The notes under the pieces were generated by a model, which saw only the letters and a program-made list of their open reading frames with translations, did not search any database and was not told where the DNA came from. From Malacoraja senta (taxonomy: Eukaryota): a DNA stretch of 64,000 bases. Positions 36,271 to 48,943 of the stretch are shown here, piece after piece; position 1 is the stretch's first letter, and every line of letters starts with the position of its first letter. The stretch spans positions 1-64,000 of the forward strand of contig JAXLNO010000395.1 in NCBI GenBank assembly GCA_038087875.1, read 5' to 3'. A program made the position numbers and the translations under genes.

Positions 36271-36590
36271 GGGTGGCACATGGCGTGGCACAGCGGTAGA
36301 GCTTCTGCCTTCCCATGCCAGAGACTCGGGTTCGGTGCTGACTACGGGTGTTGGCTCTACAGAATTTGTATTTTATCGCCATGACCGCGTGGGTTTTCTC
36401 TGTGAGCTCCGGAGTCATCCCACACTCCAAAGACACTCCAAATAGGTTAATTAGCTTCAGTAACTTAATTGTTAGCTTCATTGTAAAGTGTAGCATAGTG
36501 TTAGTGTACGGGATGATTGCTAGTCAACATGGACTTGGTGGGCTGAATGGCCTGTTTCTGTGAAATACTTCTAAAGTCTAAAGTCTAAGT
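36271..36590 (+). mobile_element. V-SINE
   Basis: GTGGCACAGCGGTAGAG..GGGTTCGG..CACACTCCAAAGAC..(CTAAAGT)n. Confidence 0.85.
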
Positions 36591-37454
36591 TTACTGGTCT
36601 ATTATTACCTTTGTCAAAATGGCATCTCATTGGACTCTCTACACTTTTGTATGTAGAACAATGAGAAATGTCTCTCCACACATGTTAGTGTATAACAACA
36701 GAAAGCTGGCAACATCTTCAAATTTGATGATGAATCATACGAATTAAGTGATTATATGTTAATTATTCCCAGTTGAACCTCCCTGGCAGTGAAATTACAG
36801 TATTAAAAGTAATTAATCTCATTTCACAGATTTAACATAATTGTTTAACCAAAAATACCTTTTTATTTATTTCCTCTTTTCCTCATTTGTATTTTCTGTT
36901 TTCCTTTCTCCATCTGGTTTTGAATTGAAGGCTACAACTGTAACTTAGGCCACCTAGTTAAACAAAGGAGAACAAAGGAGGACCCGGCATGGGTGGACCA
37001 CCGTGAGGGAAAGGGAGGGGGGAGAAAAAAGGAGGATCTGGCGCGGGATAGTTAGTAACGTTGTCGGCGCCTTTATGTGGCGACTGTTTGCATACCTTAG
37101 GTATTCAAAATGAAGAATTTCACTGTGACTGGTCACCTGTGATAATAAAGTATTAATTCATTCATTAGTTCAGACTTGAGAATCCCTTCAGAGAATGTGA
37201 ATCTTGCTGTCAGGCAAAATGGGGCAGGTAAATAGTAAGCAGACAAGAACGTGAAAGTTAGTTGAATATATGAGGCAGGATGACATTATGTAAGGTGTGT
37301 GGAGTATCTCACTAGCTTAGACCTGCTGGGCTTAATGACCTGTTTTGAACCATAATTCACAGACTTCCATCTCCTTTAAAATGTTCCAATCATCACTTCA
37401 AGTTCTAGAAAATATTACCTTGAGTGATCTGAGGTATTATATTCTCTTCACCAA

Positions 37455-37805
37455 GTTGACACAAAGCTGGGTGGCAGTGTGAACTGTGAAGAGGTGGTTG
37501 AGCAAGTGGGCAGATGCGTGGCAGATGCAATATAACATAGATAAATGTGAGGTTATCCACTTTGGCGGCAAAAACAAGGGGGCAGATTATTATCTCAATG
37601 GGGTTAGGTTAGGTAAGGGGGAGGTGCAGCGAGACCTGGGCGTCCTTGTCCTGAAGCTAGTGGAGTCAAGGGATATGGGGAGAAGGCAGGCACGGGTTAT
37701 TGATATGGGACGATCAGCCATGATCATAATGAATGGCAGTGCTGGCTTGAAGGGCAGAATGGCCTCCATTCTGCATCTATTTTCTATGTTTCTATGTTTC
37801 TATGA
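37455..37805 (+). mobile_element. Internally deleted CR1 fragment
   Basis: WADAWQMQYNIDKCEVIHFG..QRDLGVLV is joined directly to the CR1 3' tail. Confidence 0.88.
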
Positions 37806-38470
37806 CCGCTCACAATCAAATTTTCAATGTATATTTTCAGTGATGAAAGCTATCGGCATTATGTTTACCCTGATGTTTAAATAAGGTATAAAATTCTTGG
37901 CAAATATTGGTAGCCAAGTCCTGTTTTCTGACCTGGTGAATTCAATTCTTGTCAGTTTATGCTAAACCTGTCAGTGTCAGCTAATGAAACAGCAAGCAGC
38001 AAACCAAACAGTGTGTTATCTGATTGAGTAGCAACATCAACTAGCTCCTCACTTCATACTGCAGCATTTAATTTTGGTGTGTCAAACAAATAATGCTGAA
38101 TATTTCCTTAATAGAGATTCCAATATTTATAAAATATATGTATAATACACAAAATGTTCATACATTATTGTGCAACTGGAATACAAAATATAATTACAAA
38201 GATTTGGCTGGATGAAAACATAAATCATACATTCCAACTAAATCTATTTGCTGCTCACAAGATCCAGAAATAATTATAGATGTGGAAGTTTGTTTAATCT
38301 GCTTTGAGTCTGCATTGATTCACACATTTTTGTAATGTTGAAGGAGGATCTTTAAATAGCTTTGCCTGCTGTTTGGTCTAATTTAACTCCACGCCTCTGA
38401 TTTTCCCCCAAAATCCTTCAAAATGGTCCTCAAGGACACATCCATTTGCCTTTTGGATGTTCATATAGTA

Positions 38471-38768
38471 CGGGCGGCATGGTGGCGCAGCGGTAGAGTT
38501 GCTGCCTTACAACGCCTGAGACCCGGCTTTCATCCTGACTATTAGCGCTGTCTGTACAGAGTTTGTACATTCTACCCATGACTTGTGTGGGCTTTCTCTG
38601 GGTGTTCCAGTTTCCTCGCACACTCTAAAGACGTAGGTTAATTGGCGTCGGTAAAATTATAAATTGTCTCTAGTGTGTGTAGAACAGTATTAATGTGCGG
38701 GGATCGCTGGTTGGCGCGGACCCAATTGGTGCCGAAGGGCTGTTTTTGCTCTGTATCAAAACTAAACC
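38471..38768 (+). mobile_element. V-SINE
   Basis: GGGCGGCATGGTGGCGCAGCGGTAGAGTTGCTGCC head, V-domain and tail. Confidence 0.88.
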
Positions 38769-39454
38769 AGCATCTGCTTCAACTGCCGTGTTTACTGCTG
38801 TTTTCAATTGTCACACCAAACTAATTTTCTAACCTGGGTCCAGTTTGTAAGAGAGTTTAGAGTTTTTATTAAAATAATTATTTGAATGTGGAATGCTTCA
38901 TTGCAGGTCTTGAAAAAGCAACACTGAATTATTTATGAAAAAGTCAGAATGTTGGCTAACAATGTGCTGATACTATGGAGCTATTAATACTGCGTGCGTC
39001 CTTAATTCTGAATGGACTACGGAAATTGACAGTTCCCTTCGGTGCTTGTCGAGCTCAGCTAAATTCATGCACAAATGTTATCCCAATGGCAAGTTTGTTC
39101 TTCTGGTGTGTATGTCTTTACATTTGTAAGAGTTTTAAGAAATAAGAAAATGTCATGTTTCCTTATTTCTGCAGTATTAATATGTTTTTATTTTAATTGT
39201 TTGACAGGTTTTAAGTGATTGTGAATGTCAAGGATCTTCAAGGTAATCAGCAGATTTGGCAGCTGGGGAGCCTGTCAGGGAGTGTGGGTGGGAAGAGGTG
39301 GCAGAATCTCAGTGCTGACTACACTGTTATTCTCATCGCAGCCGAACACTTGCATTGGGAGTCCCCGCAGTGCCTTGTGTTTCACAGATTACCAGAACAG
39401 TGCCTGGATCACAGGGTATTAGCTCTAAGGAGAAGTTGGAAACACTTGGAGTTT

Positions 39455-40230
39455 AGTTTACAGCATATAATCCTCCAACATTTTCACTACCTCCTACGTG
39501 ATCCCACTACTGGCCACATCTTCTCATCTCCACCCCTTCCTGCTTTCCGCAGAGACCGTTCCCTCCGAAACTCGCTGGTCAACTCGTTCCTTCCCACCCA
39601 AACCAACCCCTCCCCAGGTACTTTCACCTGCAACCGCCGGAGATGCAACAATTGTCCCTTTACCTCCCCCCTCGACTTCATCCAACGACCCAAACAGTCT
39701 TTCCAGGTGAGGCAGAGGTTCATTTGCACCTCCTCCAACCTCATCTACTGTATCCGCTGTTCCAGGTGTCAACATCTCTACATCAGTGAGACCAAGCACA
39801 GGCTCGGTGATCGTTTCGCTGAACACCTCCTCTCAGTGCGTCTTAACCTACCTGATCTCCCGGTTGCTCAGCACTTCAACTACTCCTCCCATTCCCAATC
39901 TGACCTTTCTGTCCTGGGCCTCCTCCATTGTCAGAGTGAAGCCCAGCGCAAATTGGAGGATAGCACTTCATATTTTGATTGGGTAGTTTACACCTCAGCG
40001 GTATGAACATTGACTTCTCTAACTTCAAATAGCCCTTGTTTTCCCTCTCTATCCCCTCCCCCTTTCCAGTTCTCCTACTAGTCTTACTGTCTCCAACTAA
40101 ATTCCATCTCTGTCCCGCCCTCTCCCCTGACATCAGTCTGAAGAAGGGTCTCGACCCGAAACGTCACCCATTCCTTCTCTCCAGAGATGCTGCCTGTCCC
40201 GCTGAGTTACTCCAGCATTTTGTGTCTATC
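39455..40230 (+). mobile_element. Penelope-like element 3' portion: GIY-YIG endonuclease plus terminal repeat
   Basis: CNRRRCNNC..FICTSSNLIYCIRCSRCQHLYISETKHRLGDRFAEHL..VAQHF is a PLE GIY-YIG domain, followed by the pLTR. Confidence 0.93.
40138..40165 (+). ncRNA. Minimal hammerhead-ribozyme-like motif in the Penelope terminal repeat
   Basis: CUGAAGA-A-[GGGU cucg ACCC]-GAAA-CG-UC gives both conserved core boxes, stem II and an NUH triplet. PLE pLTRs are known to carry such minimal hammerheads. Confidence 0.7.
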
Positions 40231-40235
40231 CTGGA

Positions 40236-40548
40236 GTTTAGTTTAGTTTAGAGGTACAGTGCGGAAATAAGCCTTTCGGCCCACTGAGTCCGTGCCGACC
40301 ATCGATCCCCGCACATTAGCACTATCCTACACACACAAGGGGCAATTTACACATGCACCAAGCCAATTAACCTACAAACCTGTACATCTTTGGAGTGTGG
40401 GACGAAACCGAAGAACTTAAAGAAAACCCATGCGGTCACGGGGAGAACGTACAAACTCCCTACAGACAGCACCTACAGTCGGGATCGAACACAGATTTTT
40501 GGCGCTGTAAGCACTGTAAGACAGCAACTCTACTGCTGCGCCACCATG
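40236..40548 (-). mobile_element. V-SINE
   Basis: Reverse complement of the V-SINE head, V-domain and (CTAAA)n tail. Confidence 0.88.
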
Positions 40549-40642
40549 GAGTGTTTCTTTACTTTACTTTGAAGATACAGCATGGAAACACGCCATTCGA
40601 CCCACTAAGTCCTCGCCAATCAGCAATCACCCTGTACACTAA

Positions 40643-41230
40643 AGGCTCTGTCTCACGGTGTTGCGGTCATCGGCGGTGAAGCGCGGCGTCGCCGGTAGAG
40701 GGGACCGCACGGCAACGGTGAGAGCGCCGAGCCTATGCCGCAGGAGCGCTGCGCGGGGGCTGAGTGATTTTAGTACGGCTGGTCCCACGAGCTTGCGGTA
40801 AGTAAAAACAAAGGGCGGGCCGACTGCGATGACGTCATTTCGGATCTGCGGGGCTGTGGCGGCGGCAGTGCTGATCGCGGTGGCGGTGGCTGTGGAGGTG
40901 GCTGTGCGGCACACTGACTCACTAGCGGCGGCGGTCGTGCCTCACTGGCGGAGGCTGTGGCGGTGCAAGTTCGACGCACGGCGCTCGTGCTGCACTGGCA
41001 GCGGCTGTGGCGGTGACCGTCCCGCACTCGTGCCTCACTGGCGGTGGCTGTGCGGTAGGAACATATTTTTGAACAGTGTTGGTTTTATTTTAGCACCGTG
41101 CGGTGTTGGGAACAACGCCGCACGGCCCCGGCGGCGGGCGTTTGACCGAGCCCGCGGTCTCTGGCGGCCCAAGAGCGGTAGATTGTTCCCGTTTTGCCGC
41201 CAATGACTGCAGACTCGTGAGACAGGCCTT
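40643..41230. mobile_element. PIF/Harbinger-type MITE inserted in a minus-strand V-SINE (40565-41463)
   Basis: Imperfect ~37-bp TIRs (AGGCTCTGTCTCACGGTGTTGCGGTCATCGGCGG vs reverse complement AAGGCCTGTCTCACGAGTCTGCAGTCATTGGCGG) and a TAA target duplication (40640-40642, 41231-41233). The host SINE rejoins as GTACACTAACACTATCCTAC. Confidence 0.85.
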
Positions 41231-41477
41231 TAACACTATCCTACACACTTTACAATTTATAGGAGCCAAATACAGGGACAATTTACAATTTACAATTAAC
41301 CTACAAATCTGTACATCTTTGGAGTGTGGGAGCACCTGAAAAAAACCCACATGGTCACAGGATGAACATACAAACTCCATACAGACCATGCCCCTAGCCA
41401 GGATCAACCAAGGTTTCTGGTGCCATAAAGCAGCATCTCTACCGCTGCACCACTGTTCCGCCCTCTGGACCAAACCC

Positions 41478-41820
41478 TTAGAAGTATATAAAATTATGAG
41501 AGCCGTAGATAGGGTAGTCAGAACCTTTTTACCAGCATAGAAATGTCAAAGAATAAAGGCATAGCTTTAAGGTGAGAGGAACAAAGAGATGTGCGGGGCA
41601 AGTTGTTTACAGAGAGTGGTGGGTGCCTGGAACATGTTGCCAGTGATGGTGGTGGAGGCAGATACGATGATGGCATTTAAGAGCCTTGATTTACCCGGCC
41701 CCTTCTCCCTTCCACCTTTCTTCCTGCTCCCACCTGCAATTAGTCTGAAGAAGGATCCCAACCCGAAATATCACCAAGCCATATTCTCCAGAGATGCTGC
41801 CTGACTTGTTAAGATACTGG
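41478..41820 (+). mobile_element. CR1 3' fragment followed by a Penelope pLTR fragment
   Basis: QRVVGAWNMLP motif, then GTCTGAAGAAGGATCCCAACCCGAAATATC. Confidence 0.8.
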
Positions 41821-43589
41821 GAAAAAGGTTCTGACTACCCTATCTACGCCTCTCACATATATTTAGGCCAATAAAAATTTGCAGGCTGGTACACTTGTTG
41901 TATTCAAAAGTTAAATGTTGATCTTTTGTTGAATGCCATCTAATTTGTTACTGATTAATTTAATATTACTATGAAAATTAGTTTCCTTCAGGGTACCATA
42001 AGCCATGTGTTCAAGGTCAGCTACACTCTATATAATTAAAAAATGAAGCTGTTGCCAAGATCTAATGAAGTTTAGGATCTAACTTGAAAGTAAAATCCAT
42101 TTACTGGAATGAAATAGGTTCCTAGCAATAATGTTATCCACCTCGGGGTTTATACTTTACTCGATATGCCACTGTAGTTATGAGCATCTGAGCCATTACT
42201 TGCCTCAGGCTTGATATTAGAAGGATGAACAGAGAACGTTTCCACTCAGGTTTGTTGTACAGTGTTAATCCCACATTTTCAAGTAATGTTGTAAATGTTA
42301 TTTCAAAGTACATGATGAAGTGCCTTTGCCTCTTTACTGAGCGAGCTGGTTATGCTGGCTTTGGTAGATTGAACACCTCCAGTTAAAAAATGTTAGGTGC
42401 ACATCTCCAAAATACTCAGAAAACAAACTATTAAGGTAAATTCATTGCGGCCTGTAGGGCCTTTTTCTGTATGTTTCATGTAGCAACTTTGAATCAGCAT
42501 CGTTAATCAGAAATTATCTCAATGCTACAATGACACTGCATTCCATATTGGATCTATTGCTGAAACCATCTAGTCAGCAATAAAGCTGGAAATATTCAGC
42601 AAATCAGACGGATTGACCTGCTGGTATTTCTCGCTCTTCCTATTTTTATTTCAGATTTCTGGCATCTGCTGTTTTTTTTTGTGTTTTGATTCCTAAAGAT
42701 GGAAGTCTCTTCACTCCAGTACAATGTCAGAACTTGGCTATAGTTTAGGGATCAATTGATAATATGTGTCAGCTAAGTTCAATGGCGAAAGTCAGTCCTT
42801 GGAATCAGAAGACAATGGGTTGAAATCCAACCTCGGAAGCTTTAGCACAAGATCTAGGCTGAGAGCATGGTACAATGCTGAGGGATTCCAGCACCATCAG
42901 CGACCCATCAAGTTCTTAAAGCAATCTTATCAATCTAATTTCACATTTCTTTCCATGTAACCTTTCTCGATGCATGTAAACACTCGCTTAATTCTACCAG
43001 ACACCTATTTTGGGTGTAATTTACAGTAACCAACCAGCATTTCTTTGGAATATGGGAGGAAACAGGAATGACAATGGAAAACTAACAGTCTCAGGTAAAA
43101 TACAAATTCCACACATACTATACCAGAGGCAAAGATTAAACCTAAGTTGTTGGACCTGTGCCTGCTGGGCTACCCTTGTGGGGATAGTCCAAATGGATCC
43201 GGGTCTCTCAACTTTCATGACTTATTGCTTTGAAAAGAGCGAAGAGATAAAAATAGATAAAGATCTTCATGTTCTGGAGGATTAAGCCAAATGAATGGAA
43301 TTGTCTGACATCCAGTTCAAACCTAGACCCCAAGCTTGCCTGTGGATCGCGCATATCTCATGCACCCTTCGGAAAGATGAAGCATTTATTTAACCCTAAC
43401 AAAGCATTTGAAAATGAAAGGCAAGGTACAGTCAGCATTCATGTCTCCCCAACCAGCAGAGGAACCCAATGTTGTAGCTCTTATGGCACCGGTGGAGCCT
43501 AAAACAACGTGTTGTTGGCAATTTAATATTTTTTATCAGAGTATTCAATTTTTAGAAATTCCAGGTCTTGGACTATGTGAAATGTATTT

Positions 43590-43900
43590 AGACTTTAGTC
43601 TTTAGTCTTTAGACTTTAACGATACAGGGAGGAAACTGGCCCCATGGCCCACCGCATCCGCGCTGACCAGCGATCACCCCTCTACATTAGCACTATCCTA
43701 CACATTGGGGACAACTTACAATATAAAGGCAATTAACCTACAAATCTGTACTTTTTTGGAGTGTGGGAGCACCCAGAGAAAACCCATGCCTTCACAGGGA
43801 GAAAGTACAAACTCCATACAGACAGTGCCCGTAGTCAGGATCGACCTGGGTCTCTGGCGCTGTAAAGGGCAGCAACTTTTCTGCTGTGCCACTGTGCCGT
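43590..43900 (-). mobile_element. V-SINE
   Basis: Reverse complement of the V-SINE with a (CTAAAGA/CTAAAGT)n tail. Confidence 0.88.
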
Positions 43901-44580
43901 CACTTTTCACCCATGCAAACTTACCCTTTATGAAAGCAATCATAAAATGCCTATGTTTCATTCTCATTCATAGTATCTCAAATTAAAAAGTAAAAATGGA
44001 GCTGAGCGTTTATTTTTATTCCTCAAAAACTACTTAGGAGCATATATTAAATACTGTGTTATAAATGTTGTTAATTTGTTTCAATTTTTAACATGGCATC
44101 AATTAAATAAATGCAATATAATAACCAGTAACATGCCAACTTGCTTTATCTGTTCTTTTTAGAGACTTTCTGTGAAACTACCATTAGAATGAAATAATGT
44201 TAAAATGTTAAACAATTTCATTTTAGTAGGAACCATCAACAATTCACCTTTAATTAAACATCATAAAGTCTGTTTTATTAACTTCCTATAGCCTGCAGAA
44301 AAGTACTTTTGCTGATCTGTCTTTTTTGCACAGATATGCAATTTTCAGTGGATTACAAAAATAAATTTATTGAAGAGAGCAGGTAGCTCATAGAAACACG
44401 TACTGTATCAAGCAGACATCCTCCAGGCTTCACCATGGATAATAACAAACAAAATTTAAACATTGAAGTCACATTTAAACTAACATAAAATCCTGAGGGG
44501 AATTGGCTTTCATTTGTACAAATATCAGAAAAACAAGCCCTTTCAATACCTCCAAGCATCCAATTTAAGATTGTCTATAC

Positions 44581-47437
44581 TAAGGGTTCCCAACCTGGGG
44601 TAAATTTACCCCCAGGGGTAAATTTTGCCTACCCAGGGGGTAAATTTGTTGATTCTGGATTTGTACTTTTTTTTTTTTCAATTATAATTCAATCTGAAGT
44701 TGATAAGAAAATTTGAAGTAGGCCTATTTTGTAAAAAGAAACTATTTTTTTTCTTTCTACCGCTTTGGACAACGATCTGTATTTTATACTCCTTAATTTC
44801 CGTGTTGCCAATGTAGTAGTCTAATTCAGAGGAGAATAACTCTAGGAAAAATGAAATATAGAACAAGTTATCCTATATGCAAAAATTATATCTATCTCTC
44901 GTATATTTATTTAACTGATTAATATTTTCTATAATAGCCTACCTACCCCAAGTCCTCCATATTTTCGAGTATTTTGGTATATTTCAGTATATTTCAATGC
45001 ATTTCGGTGTTAAGAAATACCGATCTGCCATTTTATCTATTCGTCTGTGGCAGGTGTGTGTGCTGTCTTGTGCCTTGATTAGATTAGAAATATTTATTTC
45101 GTTTAGCGATAGAAATGTTGTTTCCACATCGAGCAAACCTTCATTGTTACATTTCTCCATGACAATGTATTCACCTCCGTGCCCAGCGTCTAAGCAGTTA
45201 CCATAGTTACCATAGTTCCTGTCTGACTCTCGAAAGTTGAATGTTGTCGTTCTTGTGAAAAACTTTGTAACTCACATTCCGTTTTTTTCCGCAGATTATC
45301 GTGCAATCCATCATGTCGAACATGAAGAGATTTATCTCAAGTCATACGTGGACTTTGGCTTTGATTTCATCATTGCAGATGGTGTTCAGAAACCACAATG
45401 TATTTTTTGTTCCAAAGTGCTGGGTAATGGGTCTCTGAAGTCTTCTATTCTGAAAGCTCACTTTACTTCTAGGCATCCAACACACGCAGATGATGACCAG
45501 AAATCATTGCTAGCCAAACGTGCTAGATTTCAGGCAGCTGGAACATTGCCCAGTCTAGGACTCGCGCCCGAAAACACACCTGTTTTTGAAGCATCTTCTA
45601 AATGAATGAATGAATGAATACATTTATTGGCCATGTATGTACACATACAAGGAATTTGCCTTGGTGCTCCACTCGCAAGTAACAACATTGCATACAGTAA
45701 CAATTAAGAATGACACATAAAACATTAAACATTAATAATAAAACATTATAATTTAAACATGCCGCTTTGAAGATAGCCAAAGAAAAGAAAACTTAATACA
45801 ATTGGGGAAGAACTTGTGAAACCGTGCGCCATGGATATGGTTGAACTCGTTTGTGGAAAAGAAGCGAGGATGCAAGTTCAGAAAAGTTCATGAGCGAACA
45901 ATACTATACGCTCTCGTATTAGTAAGATGTCACAGGACATTCTAAGTCAGATCGTGGACGAAATTCGGGGAAGTCAGGCAAGAATCAGTCTCCAGTTGGA
46001 TGAGTCAACTGTGTACAATTGCTGGTCTTTTGTCGTTACATGCATGCTGGTCAGTTGAAGGAAGAGTTCTAGATGTGTGAAAATTTGGAGGAGACAACAA
46101 AAGCGGTGGACATTCTGGACAAAATGGATAACTTCCTTGAACGGAATAATCTTTCATGGAATGACGTGGGCTCGCTATATACAGATGGGGGCTCCTGCCA
46201 TGATCGGTGCCAGGTCTGGGTTTTCAACACTTATGAAAGAAAGAGCACCATATATTGTTTCTTCTCACTATGTCCTTCATCGACATGCACTGGCAAGCAA
46301 AACCCTTCCGGATTACTTGAAATTTGTTTTGAAGTATGTCACTGAATGTGTGAATTTTATCAGAGCACGAGCTCTCAATCATCGCCTTTTTAAAGTGTTC
46401 TGTGAGTAGGTGGGATCAGAACACACCGTCCTCCTCTACCACACTGAGGTGCGATGGCTCTCGAGAGGCCTCGTTTTGTCTCAGGTTTTTTAATTGGGGA
46501 CTGAAATGGAGATTTTTCTTTGAGATTGGAAATCCCTTTAAGTGAACACTTTTGCGATAAGAAATTTATTGGAGCATTAGCTTATTTGACAGATATATTT
46601 TCTCATTTAAATCAGCTCAATGTTCAAATGCAAGGAAGGAGTGATACCATTATTGATTCACAGGGTACACTGCGGGGCTTTCAGGTGAAATTGGATCTGT
46701 AGAGCCGGAGGGTTCAGAACGGCAATCACGCAAATTTTCCCAAATTTAATGATTGGAAGATGAACAAAAGTGGTGACAATATTCCTGAACTGGACGTTGA
46801 CATTTACCAGCACCTGGTTGCTTTAAAAATCAACTGATGATTATTTTGATGGTACGATGTTTGATAATGTTACCTCTTGGATAACAAATCCCTTCGAGAC
46901 CAAATTGAAAGACATTAATGATGATGACGTGTGTAAAGATGAATTGATTGATCTTTGATCTTCAACAACTCTTCATGACAAATTTAACTCTTGCAATGTA
47001 GACTTCTCGAAGTTTTGGTGTGGATTGACCGAAGGATTTCCTTTGTTGACTAAACGAGCTTTTGAAATCATCGTACCATTTGCAAATACTTATCTGTGTG
47101 AGGCAGGGTTCTCTACATTGGTGGCCATCAAAACAAAGCACCGATCTCGATTAGTTACCAAAGACGACACGAGACTTGCTCTTTCAACAACTGCGCCAAG
47201 AATCTCCAAAATCGTGGGTGAAAAGCAAGAACAAAAGTCTCATTGATTGATGGGTTCTCATTGACTGACTGTGTTTGGTTCTGGTATCTGTTCAGCACTA
47301 GTTGTTCATAAATAAGTGAAATAACATTGTTGAAGTAGAAGTGTAAACTCAAATTACTGAACAAAACAGGGTGGGGGTAAATTTACTTTCAAAATGTTGC
47401 TAGGGGTAAACGGGATGAAAACAGTTTGGAACCCCTG
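44581..47437 (+). mobile_element. hAT DNA transposon, Charlie/Buster type, full length with a mutated transposase
   Basis: TIRs TAAGGGTTCCCAACC / rc CAGGGGTTCCAAAC; 8-bp TSD GTCTATAC / GTCTCTAC; BED finger PQCIFCSKVL..LKAHF..H, QLDEST, (T)DGAPAM, H..LHRHALA, TEVRWLSRG, and the dimerisation motif PFANTYLCEAGFS. Confidence 0.95.
45602..45760 (-). mobile_element. Short retroposon 3' tail with (ATTC)n, inserted into the Charlie transposase
   Basis: (GAAT)4ACATTTATTGGCC..AAGGAATTTGCCTTGG interrupts the ORF between FEAS and AALKIAK. Confidence 0.7.
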
Positions 47438-48943
47438 GTCTCTACACCCCTGGTGTAAGTGTATATTAATTCCTTAATTATAATGGTATCATTACAATTC
47501 CTGAGTGAGATACACAAAATTTTTCTTTCAATTTCCCACATGTTCATGTGACAAATTGTGTAGTAAATATAACATTGAGGCCAGCAGAGCAATTGCTGTA
47601 AATATCTAAGTCAGAAATCATCTTCCACCATTTGCACAAACATAGTTAATTTTCTAGAATCTGTTAAGCCACAACCGTGATATTATAAGATGGTCAAACC
47701 TCCAGATAATAGTAAGAATACAGTGCCAGGAAGGGACCTTCAAAGAAAATTAAGGTCATAACTAAGTTGTTAGAACTAAGCTCCATGAAAGGTTCAACAT
47801 AGATGATGGATAACCCAACGGGGCAGGCAGCATCCATGGAGGGAAGGCACAGGTGGCAATTTGGGTTGTGACCCTTCTTTAGACTGGGCAATGTTTTGGA
47901 TTGGGACCCTTCTTCAGATTGAGGAGTAAATTGATAGGGGTCTTTAAAATAAGAAAATAATTTGAACAAATAGACTTGCAGATGTTTCTGCTTGTAAAGA
48001 AACATAAGATAAGAAGCAATCAATCCAGAAGGAAATTTACAAATAACCACTTTATCCGAGGAATGGGTGGAATGTGGAACTTTTTCTGGAAGGAATATTA
48101 GAGAACAACACACATACATTTAAAGGGAAACTAAATAAAAACATAGAAAAATAAATTAAAAATAGATTTATTGGGTTAAGTGAAGAAGGATAGAATAGGG
48201 TTTATTGGAACATAATTGGTAACATGGACTTGTCTGAATAATTTTGTTGACTATTGTAATTACCATGTAATAATGTGCAATACTTAAGTAAGAATAGAGC
48301 TCCCTATCATGTTCAGATAGGCACATGCAGCCCTATGAAGGCTGCCACATGTTCTCATTTTCCAATGCAAAATCCCTTGAGTGGATTTATGTGGGAGCCA
48401 AATGGTCGGCATCATTTATTGCAGCAGAGCGAAGGGGACTACAGAGGCAAGAGGGAGGACCTGGCCAAACTTGTTTGGAAAGGGATGGCAATGGAACAGC
48501 AATGGCAGGAATTTCTGAGAATAATTTGGAAGATGCAGGATCTTTTCATTCCAAAGAGGAAGAAAGAATCTAGGGGGAGAAAGAGGCAACCATGGCTGAC
48601 AAGGGAAGTCAAGGACAGTATAAAACTAAAAGAGAAGGCATATAACATTGCAGAGATTAGTGGGAAGCCAGAGGATTTGGAAGCTTTTATAGAACAACAG
48701 AAGGTAACTTTTTTTGCACCAGTCTTCACAGTGGAAGACACCAGCAACGTGCTTGAAATTCAAGAGGGTCAGGGGGTGGAAGTTAGTGGAGTGGCTATTA
48801 CTAGGGAGAAGGTGCTTAGGAAACTGAAAGGGCTGAAGGTGGATAAGTCACCTGGACCGGATGAACTGCACCCTAGTGTTCCGAAAGAGGTAGCTTTAGA
48901 GATTGTGAAGGCATTGATAGTAATATTTCAAGAATCACTAGAA

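Noticed and set aside
39215..40006. 263-aa ORF as a host gene
   Set aside because: It is a chance fusion of unique upstream sequence with a Penelope GIY-YIG fragment, with a non-ATG start.
44334..44382. Possible small plus-strand exons (also ~19423-19482 and ~39208-39242)
   Set aside because: AG/GT pairs exist, but there is no recognisable protein similarity or consistent gene model; such pairs are expected by chance.
45237..47246. Domesticated ZBED/SCAND3-like gene
   Set aside because: It has multiple stops, frameshifts and an insertion, and TIRs and a TSD are present, so it is a dead transposon.
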